Below, in pieces: positions 50,124 to 60,492 of a stretch of 64,000 bases of DNA (position 1 is the first letter of the stretch; every line of letters starts with the position of its first letter). The notes under the pieces were generated by a model. The model was not told the DNA's origin, ran no database searches, and saw only the letters and a program-made list of their open reading frames with translations. This DNA comes from an uncultured Alphaproteobacteria bacterium. GTDB lineage: Bacteria > Pseudomonadota > Alphaproteobacteria > Sphingomonadales > Sphingomonadaceae. The translations under genes and the position numbers were made by a program. The DNA lies in the NCBI GenBank assembly GCA_963829325.1, contig CAWHHN010000002.1, positions 272,772 through 336,771 on the forward strand, given 5' to 3'.

Positions 50124-52127
50124 CTACAGCCCGCCGGGGCCGCAGTCGTTCGCGAGGAAGTCGAGCATCTTGGTGTAGAACTGCTCCTGATGCTCATACA
50201 TCAGCGTGGTGTAGAAGTGGTCGGCACCCTTCAGCGTCAGGAACTGGGCATCGGTCTTGCCGGCCTGCTGCAGCGCCTTCCGGTAATCCTCGAAATTGAA
50301 GTACAGCACACGGGAATCGACGTCGCCGTGAACCATCAGGATCGGGACGTTGACCTTGGACACTTCCTTCATCGGATTGATACCGATCATGCCGCGGCGT
50401 TGCGACCATTCGTCGAGCGCCTTGGGGCTGTAGGGATTGCGACGCAGCTTGTAGACCTTCTCGGGGTCAGCAACCGCCGCCCCGGCGATGACGCACTGGT
50501 ACATGTTGGGTTCGCGCGATGCCGCAACCAGCGCCGCATAGCCGCCATAGGACCAGCCGAACATGGCGACCCGGTCGGGATCGACCAGCCCCTGCTCGAT
50601 CAGGTATTTCGCCCCGTCGTCCTTGTCGTCCTGCATGGCGAGGCCGTGCTGGCCATAGGCCGAATCGAACAGCTCCTGTCCCCAGCCCACCGACATCCGG
50701 TATTCGGGCTGGAGGACCATATAGCCTGCATTGGCCAGCAACTGTCCCCACTCGTCGTAACCGACGACCTCGTTCACGTGGGGCCCGCCGTGCGGGAGGA
50801 CCACCAACGGGAAGGGACCCTTGCCCTTGGGCTTGGTCACATAGCCCGAGAGCGTCTTGCCGTCGCGCGTCGGATAACGGATGAACTCCACGTCCGACAA
50901 CTGCTCGGGCTGGAGCAGCGGATTGCGGCTGCCGAGCTTGGCCATCCGGCCGTCGCGGATCAGCCAGTACGAACCCGGATCATGCGGTCCGCTGTTGTAG
51001 ACCACCATGGTGTCGCCATCGCGCGAACGGCTGGTGATCGAAACCGAATGGGCATAGGGGATCTGCGCCTCGAGCGCCTCGTAGAGCGCCTTTTCCTCGG
51101 CATCGAACCACACCCGTTCGCGCTTGTCCCAGGGGTAGCGTGCCGCGACCAGCGTATCCTTGCCGGGCAGCGAATGGGTCTGCGTCCACATGATGTCGGC
51201 CTTGTCGGTGCCCGCGAGCTTCTCGCCGAACTGGCCGGTCTCGAAATTGAATTCCCACAGCGCGGCCTTGTCCTCGCCGCGGTTGTCGATGATGTAGCCG
51301 ATGTTGGGGTTGTTGGGATCGAAGCCCTTGATGCCCATGAACCCGCCGAGCACGCGATAGAGATTTTCGTGCTTGTCGTAGTCGTAGGTCTGATCGAGCT
51401 TCTTCCATGAACGGTCGCCGGGTGCGCGGTAGTAATAGACCAGTTCGTTCGACCCCGGCTCGACCGAGCTGGTCCAGCGGGGATTGCCGTCGGCGTCGAA
51501 CTCGGCGGTCGGATATTTCTCGCTCCCCTTCAACACCAGTTCGCGCGTGCCGCGCTCTAGATTGAAGCGGTAGTAGGAACGCGGGCGGAAGGCCGCGAAG
51601 GGATCGACGCCGGTGCCGTCGGCCACCGCATTGCCCGATCCGATCAGAATCTCGTTCGGCTCCTTGGGCAGCTTGCCGACGAGTTCGAAATTGCCCGGCA
51701 GCTCCTGAAACTTGTTGGCCTTGAGATTGTAGGAAAAGGCCTTGTAGTCGTAGGTGCTTTCTTCGGGTCCTTTGACCGAATGGCGGTTCTGCTCCCACGC
51801 AGTTCCGAAGATGTAATTGTCGCTCACCCATTGAACCTGGATGATCTCCATGGGGTCGGCGTTGAGCCGCCGAAGCGGCTTCGACATATCCTCGGTATCG
51901 TAGATCTCGAGAAGGTAGTCGCCTTCCTTGCTCTCGAGCTTCTGCACCAGGACATGCTTGCCGTCGGGCGAAACCTCGACGTCATTGATCACATCGCGCA
52001 ACGCCCAGACCTCGAGCGGGACCGTGGGGTGGCCGGGGGTCGTCTGCGCCACTGCGGGAGCGGCGGGCTGGACGAGGCACAGCGCACCAGCGGCCGCTGC
52101 CATGAGGGTTGATTTGAAATGGTTCAT
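50124..52127 (-). CDS. Periplasmic S9 (prolyl oligopeptidase family) peptidase
   Basis: Signal peptide; PHGGPH, GWSYGGY (Ser), HGDVDSRV (Asp), GADH (His). Confidence 0.93.
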   Translation of the reverse strand: MNHFKSTLMAAAAGALCLVQPAAPAVAQTTPGHPTVPLEVWALRDVINDVEVSPDGKHVLVQKLESKEGDYLLEIYDTEDMSKPLRRLNADPMEIIQVQWVSDNYIFGTAWEQNRHSVKGPEESTYDYKAFSYNLKANKFQELPGNFELVGKLPKEPNEILIGSGNAVADGTGVDPFAAFRPRSYYRFNLERGTRELVLKGSEKYPTAEFDADGNPRWTSSVEPGSNELVYYYRAPGDRSWKKLDQTYDYDKHENLYRVLGGFMGIKGFDPNNPNIGYIIDNRGEDKAALWEFNFETGQFGEKLAGTDKADIMWTQTHSLPGKDTLVAARYPWDKRERVWFDAEEKALYEALEAQIPYAHSVSITSRSRDGDTMVVYNSGPHDPGSYWLIRDGRMAKLGSRNPLLQPEQLSDVEFIRYPTRDGKTLSGYVTKPKGKGPFPLVVLPHGGPHVNEVVGYDEWGQLLANAGYMVLQPEYRMSVGWGQELFDSAYGQHGLAMQDDKDDGAKYLIEQGLVDPDRVAMFGWSYGGYAALVAASREPNMYQCVIAGAAVADPEKVYKLRRNPYSPKALDEWSQRRGMIGINPMKEVSKVNVPILMVHGDVDSRVLYFNFEDYRKALQQAGKTDAQFLTLKGADHFYTTLMYEHQEQFYTKMLDFLANDCGPGGL

Positions 52128-52161
52128 CGGGCGACTCTCACAAGATTCGGTGGGGATTTCA

Positions 52162-52203
52162 AATGAAAAGGGCGGTTCCAGACCGAAAACTGGAACCGCC
52201 CTT
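52162..52203 (-). terminator. Intrinsic terminator/attenuator after TBDR2
   Basis: Perfect 14-bp stem AAGGGCGGTTCCAG / CTGGAACCGCCCTT followed on the minus strand by a T-rich tail. Confidence 0.85.
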
Positions 52204-52228
52204 CGCGTTTCATTCTAGATGCGAGGCA

Positions 52229-55200
52229 TCAGAATTCGTAGCGGACCGAGGCAAAGAACTCGCGTCCGTCGTAGTCGTAGCCGTTGCCGATCGCGGTGTT
52301 GGCGATGGCGAGCACTTCATTGCTGTCCACCAGCGGCGGAGCAGTGTTGAAGATGTTGTCGACGCCCGCGATGATCGTGAAGCGATCGGCACGGTAGCGG
52401 ATCGACGCCGTGTGCAGGAACTGGGCATCGGCGAAGCCCACGTCGCGGCAGAAGTTGCCGTCGCCGGCGACGACGCCGCTCGGCGATCCACCGCCGGTGC
52501 AGGTGTCGCTGAAGAAATCAGCGCTACCGTCACCGTCGACATCGGCCGGGTTGCCGTCAGGACCATTGCCGAAGACGTCGGCGAAGGCGTCGATACCGTC
52601 GGGGTCCTGCTCGACCGGCCCGACATAGCGGGTAGACCAGGTGAAGCGGAACTTGTCGATATCCGCGGTGAACTGGGCATTGCCGGTCCACTTGGGGAAA
52701 CCGAATTCACCCGTTGCATCGTCGAACGAACGGCGTCCATCGTCGTCGACGAACAGCGAACTGCGTTCGATCAGATGGTTGGCACGCAGCGTGATGCCGA
52801 AGTCGATGAACTTGCCGAACATCGGCACTTCCTTGCCCAGATAGGCGTTGAAGTCGATGCCGCGCACGCTTTCTTCGTCCTGGTTGGTGAAGGTCGGCTG
52901 CACATCCGAGATCAGCCCGCGGCTCGATGGCGTCGCGCCATAGGCCAGGAGATCGCAGAAGGTGCTGCGGGTGCCGTCATCGCGCAGGAAGCAGTCGTTG
53001 ATGATGAACTGCGTGCTGAGCTCGATGATCGAGTCCTTCACCTTGATGTCGAAGTAGCTTGCACCCAGCGAAACGTCGAAGCCTTCACCGAAGGTTTCTT
53101 CGAACGCGAACCCGGCAGTGATCGACCGCGACGTTTCGGGATCGATGTCGAAGCTGCCTGCGGTCTCGACTTCGATGCTGGTCGTGCTGACCGTGTTCGA
53201 ACCGTTGGTACCGACCGTGAACGGGTCGCGACCTTCGCGCTGACAGGCGGCGATCACGTTCCCACCGCGAGTATCCTTGCCTGCCTGATAGCCCGGATTG
53301 GTCGGATTGAGCGGCTCGTATGCATCGCTCGGCACGGCGCAGGGATCGAACAGGGTAAGGAAGCCCGACTGGCCGAGCAGGAAGTTCTCGCGGAGATTCG
53401 GTGCGCGGAACGACGTGCCGTAGCTCATCTTCAGCAGCAGCGGATCGATCGGTCTCCAGCCACCCTTGATCGAGTAGGTGAAGTTCGTCCCGTAGAACTC
53501 GTCGTTGGTGACGCGGCCGGACAGGTTCAGGCTAAGCTCGCGAACCCAGGGCTTGTCCGCCTGAAGCGGAATGTCCAATTCGGCGAATGCTTCCTTGGTG
53601 ACCTTGCTGCCGACGGCCCCGCGGTCGCGGAAGAAGCCGAAGAACAGGCCGTTCGATGCCACGTCATTGGGCGAGGAATCGATGCGATCCTTGCGGAATT
53701 CGACGCCGAGCACCGCACCCACCGGACCGGCCGGAAGAGTGAACAGATCGCCGGTCATGAACGCATTGCCGATGATCTGCTCGTAGGTGGTGTCAAAACG
53801 ACGGGTCCCGAACAGATAATCGCGTTCGGCCTGGCTGCCGAAATCACCGATGGCGCCGGTCAGCAGGCTCGGAGCGAACAGATTGACCGGAACGCAGCCC
53901 TGCACGAGATCGGGCATTGCGAGGTCGGGATTGGCAAGACCCGCGGCGTTGCACGGTCCGATGTTGAGCGTGTCACCAGCGAAGAGATCGAGGTTCGAAT
54001 CGTAATCGTCGGCGATGCCGTCGCCCGGACCGTCGGCGACGCCGTCGCCATCGGTGTCGGTGTCGTTGTCCGCGATCCCGTCGCCGCTGAAGTCACCGGT
54101 CGGATCGATGCCCAGCGCGAACGCCAGCTTGTCTTCGCGGACGCCCTGGCGGATCGAAACGCCTTCCGAGCGCGAGTAGACGCCCGAAACCTCGAAGGTC
54201 CAGCTCGGCGAGATGAACGGCAGGTCGCCGCGGACGCCCAATACGCCACGATAGATTTCCTGCGTGACGTCGGTGTTGTTGCGATCGCCGCGGACGGCGA
54301 CGATCGGGCTGACCGGCAGGCTGAAGCCGTAGGTCCCGCGCGGGTTGCCCGGAACTCCCGGTGGGTTGTAAACCGGGAAGTTGTTGATCGCGTTGTCGAT
54401 TTCGCGACAGTCGACGCCATCGGGATTGGTGTCGATGTTACACGGGTTGAAGGCGTTGTCAGCCGGCACGTAGGGGAAGATCTGCGGAGTGCCGGTGTTG
54501 TCGGCATAGATCTCCGCGCGGCTGAAATTCGCCTCGAAGAACGGCGTGATGTTGCCCGCGCCGGGGAAGGTGTACTCGCCATAGGCCATGACGTTGAACA
54601 GCTTCTGCTGGCTCAGGAAAACCTGATCGATGTTCTGACCGTTCGTGTTGACGTCCTGGAAATCGACATCGCGGATTCCGTCGCCGTCGTTGTCGACCGG
54701 CTCGCCGAAGGCGTTGGTCGATTCCGAATAGGGGAAGTTCGGGAAGCCCGGGAAGTTGCCGCTACCGTCGGGATCGAAGTAGATCGAGCCGGAGAAGTTG
54801 TAGGGGTTGAAGATGCGGCCCGAAATGCCGGTGACCTTACATTCGTTCTCCGAGACCGAAATCGTGCCGCCCGAATCTTCGAGCACCAGCGCGTTGTCGT
54901 ATTTGCCAACCGTATAGATGTTGCCATCCTGGTCGATCTCGTAGTTCTTGTCGCATCCGCGCAGGAAGTCGCGGTCGCTCAGGCGCACGGTATCGCGATA
55001 GTCGTACTCGGCGCCGATGCCGATGAAGCCGCGGTCGAAGTTGAGGCCGTAGGCTGCGCTGACGGTATAGTCGTCGCCGCCGCCCTGCGGGTTGATCTCG
55101 CCGCGACCATAGAGTTCGAGCCCGTCGAAATCCTTGCGCAGGATGACGTTGCCGACACCTGCAACGGCGTCCGAGCCATAGACCGACGATGCGCCGTCGA

Positions 55201-55795
55201 GCAGCAGGTCGTAGCGATCGATGAGCGAACCCGGGAGGAGGTTGATCGACGGGTTGACCGGTGCGCCTTCGACGCCGGAAGGCGCAAGACGCCGTCCATT
55301 GAGCAGGAGCAGCGTGCGATTAGCGCCGAGGCCACGCAGGTTGAGCGTCTGCGAACCGGGGCCATTGTCGAGCACGAAGCCCTGGAAAGTGGCGTCGATC
55401 TGCTGGCCCGAGGCGGATTCCGAACGCTGGAGGATCTGCGAGGGATCGAACAGACCCGCTTCGTTCGATGCTTCGGTGGTCAGGACCTGGAGCGGCGAGA
55501 TGCTGCTGTAGGTGTCGCGCTTGATGCGCGAGCCGGTGACGACGATGCCGCCTTCGGCCTGCTGGCCGGTGGCACCGACGTCGGTGACGTCGACGACATC
55601 CTGCGCACCCGGGTCATTGCTGGTGACGCCATCGGGGCCCTCGCTCTGGACGACGCATTCGCCGCCCACTTCTTCCTGGCCGGCGGGGCAATCGAGATCG
55701 GTGTCCTGCGCCATCGCCTGACCGCCGGCGACGAGCGCCATTGCGGACACGGAGACCGCGAGCCCCCTGACCGTATTCTGATGAATTTTTCGCAT
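52229..55795 (-). CDS. Large TonB-dependent receptor with Asp-rich and Cys-pair loop insertions, TBDR2
   Basis: Signal peptide MRKIHQ...AMA, IVVTGSRI, NLRGLGANRTLLLLNGRR, DGASSVYGSDAVAGV, C-terminal YEF; ATG 55795. Confidence 0.96.
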   Translation of the reverse strand: MRKIHQNTVRGLAVSVSAMALVAGGQAMAQDTDLDCPAGQEEVGGECVVQSEGPDGVTSNDPGAQDVVDVTDVGATGQQAEGGIVVTGSRIKRDTYSSISPLQVLTTEASNEAGLFDPSQILQRSESASGQQIDATFQGFVLDNGPGSQTLNLRGLGANRTLLLLNGRRLAPSGVEGAPVNPSINLLPGSLIDRYDLLLDGASSVYGSDAVAGVGNVILRKDFDGLELYGRGEINPQGGGDDYTVSAAYGLNFDRGFIGIGAEYDYRDTVRLSDRDFLRGCDKNYEIDQDGNIYTVGKYDNALVLEDSGGTISVSENECKVTGISGRIFNPYNFSGSIYFDPDGSGNFPGFPNFPYSESTNAFGEPVDNDGDGIRDVDFQDVNTNGQNIDQVFLSQQKLFNVMAYGEYTFPGAGNITPFFEANFSRAEIYADNTGTPQIFPYVPADNAFNPCNIDTNPDGVDCREIDNAINNFPVYNPPGVPGNPRGTYGFSLPVSPIVAVRGDRNNTDVTQEIYRGVLGVRGDLPFISPSWTFEVSGVYSRSEGVSIRQGVREDKLAFALGIDPTGDFSGDGIADNDTDTDGDGVADGPGDGIADDYDSNLDLFAGDTLNIGPCNAAGLANPDLAMPDLVQGCVPVNLFAPSLLTGAIGDFGSQAERDYLFGTRRFDTTYEQIIGNAFMTGDLFTLPAGPVGAVLGVEFRKDRIDSSPNDVASNGLFFGFFRDRGAVGSKVTKEAFAELDIPLQADKPWVRELSLNLSGRVTNDEFYGTNFTYSIKGGWRPIDPLLLKMSYGTSFRAPNLRENFLLGQSGFLTLFDPCAVPSDAYEPLNPTNPGYQAGKDTRGGNVIAACQREGRDPFTVGTNGSNTVSTTSIEVETAGSFDIDPETSRSITAGFAFEETFGEGFDVSLGASYFDIKVKDSIIELSTQFIINDCFLRDDGTRSTFCDLLAYGATPSSRGLISDVQPTFTNQDEESVRGIDFNAYLGKEVPMFGKFIDFGITLRANHLIERSSLFVDDDGRRSFDDATGEFGFPKWTGNAQFTADIDKFRFTWSTRYVGPVEQDPDGIDAFADVFGNGPDGNPADVDGDGSADFFSDTCTGGGSPSGVVAGDGNFCRDVGFADAQFLHTASIRYRADRFTIIAGVDNIFNTAPPLVDSNEVLAIANTAIGNGYDYDGREFFASVRYEF

Positions 55796-55802
55796 TTTAT
55801 AC

Positions 55803-55879
55803 TCCAGTTGCGAGAACTGGAACGACGGCCACGCACCGAGCGATTGGCTGTCACGCTCCCCTTTTTGCGTGTCAGCCAA
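55803..55879 (-). promoter_or_regulatory. Structured 5' leader of TBDR2 (two hairpins, one covering the Shine-Dalgarno)
   Basis: TTGGCTG-A-CACGC-N10-GCGTG-A-CAGCCAA; TCCAGTT-N5-AACTGGA includes the GGA of GGAG, 6 nt before ATG. Confidence 0.6.
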
Positions 55880-56158
55880 GATCCTTGTGTCGCCCGGTTG
55901 CAGAAGCCCCAGTCCCAATGTGTCGGTTCTGCGAAAGCGACAGGTCGATGTCAAAGAGCGACAGGAAGTTTACGTCCCGATTAACGAGCGCTGTGGCGTA
56001 AATCACACATTAATTGTTAGGTCCGAGACCTCGGCCCGGTAGTCGCGAAATTATCGATGTTAAGAGGCCGGGTGAACGGACCGAAAATTTCGCGGGCGAC
56101 TTGCCGGGCTTCGAACCGGCGAATTGCCCGCGGCTTGCCCCCGCCTGTCACAATTGCG

Positions 56159-58748
<2,590 letters not shown>

Positions 58749-58779
58749 TCAGTCATCCCTCGCTCGAATTGCCGCCCGG

Positions 58780-58808
58780 ATATGGTGTTGCCGATTATGC
58801 AACACAAG
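58780..58808 (-). promoter_or_regulatory. RpoH (sigma32)-like promoter of clpB with an embedded palindrome
   Basis: Minus strand CTTG-TGTTGCATAATCGGCAACA-CCATAT; the spacer is the dyad TGTTGC-N7-GCAACA. Confidence 0.65.
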
Positions 58809-58919
58809 GCCCTGCCGACGGTTTTTTCGACCGCGCTGCGGGTGTGTTAGTCCGATATAGGGGTGCGGCTCGCAAAGGCGAGAGGGCCAGTGCCAAAAAT
58901 CTGCCGCGCCCGGGGCGGG

Positions 58920-60373
58920 CTAGCGCGCTCCCGCGCCCTCGAGGCCGGGGACCATGATCGTCCTTCCGCCACCGAATTCCTCGCGCACCACGACCACGCC
59001 CTGGCGCTCGAGATGGTCGAGCAAGCGGCGTATCCGTCCGGGCGAACTGGTGCCGTAGGCGCGGGCAAGATCCTGTTCGTCGACCTGTGTTTCGCCGGCG
59101 TGCGCGGCCGGGCGATCACCAGGAACGGCGCGAGCAGATCTTCCTCGACTGCCGCACGCCAATCTGCAGAATGCGCGTCGCGGGTGGTCTCTTCGAGCTG
59201 GTCCAGACCCGCGGCGGCGATGGCGAAGCGGCGGCGGAAGCCGCGCATGTCGGGCATCGGCCCGATCAGCCGATCGCGGCGGCAGCGGATGAGGAAGCTC
59301 TGGTATTGCGCGCTGGCCGACTGGAAGGCGGTCGCTTCCTCGGCGGCCAGTTCGGCGATGATCGCCTCGACCCGCCTGGCGACATCGGGGGCTCCGGGGA
59401 CCGGCTGCGCGGTGTCCGCCGGCGCTTCCTCGGCCCGGGCGATGCTGTCCGCGATCTCCTCGACCCGCGGCGCGGGCGGCGGCGGCGGCGGCGAAGCGGG
59501 GGCCCGGGCGGCCTCGCCCGCGAGGTCCCTCGTCAGCAGGGCTTCCATTTCGGCGGGTGCGGTATCGGGCAGCGCCATCAGACCCTCCGCGCGCGCCTTG
59601 AGGCCCGATCGGACCGGACCGATCCTGACCGCCACCGGCAGCCGCGTGATCGCCGGGCCGAGCGCGAGAAAATGTCCGCGTTCGAGTTCGCGGATGCGTT
59701 CGGCCTGGCGGCGCTCCATCCCCAGCAGGTCGGCCGCGCGGACCATGTCGATATCGAGAAAGGTGCGCCCCATCAGGAAGTTCGAGGCTTCGGCGGCGAC
59801 GTTCTTCGCCAGCTTGGCCAGCCGCTGCGTCGCGACGACACCCGCCAGCCCGCGCTTGCGCCCGCGGCACATGAGATTGGTCATCGCCGACAGCGTCATC
59901 CGCCGCGTATCCTCGGCCATCTCGCCGGCGGCGGCGGGGGCGAACATCTGCGCCTCGTCGACCACCACCAGCGCGGGATACCAATGCTCGCGCGGGGCGT
60001 CGAACAGAGCGGTGAGGAATTGCGCGGCGCAGCGGATCTGCTGCTCGACCTCGAGCCCTTCGAGCGCCAGCACGACCGACGCGCGGTGTTCGCGGATGCG
60101 CCGCGCCAGAGCCTCGATCTCGCCCGGCGAATAGGCTGCGCCATCGACCACCACATGCCCGAAAGGTTCGGCGAGCGTGACGAAATCGCCCTCGGGATCG
60201 ACCACCACCTGCTGCACCATCCGGGCGCTCTCCTCGAGCAGCCGGCGCAGCAGGTGCGACTTGCCGCTGCCCGAATTGCCCTGCACGAGCAGCCGGGTGG
60301 CGAGGAGTTCCTCGATGTCGAATTCGACCGGCTTGCCGGAAGAATCATGGCCGATGGTAATGCGGGCAGTCAC
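58920..60373 (-). CDS. HerA/FtsK-like P-loop ATPase with probable C-terminal winged helix; one net frameshift near 59110
   Basis: QGNSGSGKS, IDPEGD-like VDPEGDF, VVVDEAQ, RGRKRG, ATQR; C-terminus YGTSSPGRIRRLLDHLE lies in the adjacent frame. Confidence 0.82.
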
Positions 60374-60492
60374 GCGCACCGGCCTAGCGAGGCGAATGCC
60401 GTTAACGAAACAGCCGCCGGTCGGTTTTGCCCAACCGGATTGCACCGCACCGGCTTGCTCGCTAGGTCGGTTGCAAGAGAGGACGGGAATCA

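Noticed and set aside
52163-55984. 1273-aa plus-strand ORF
   Set aside because: Antisense shadow of TBDR2; expected from high-GC codon bias, no recognisable motifs
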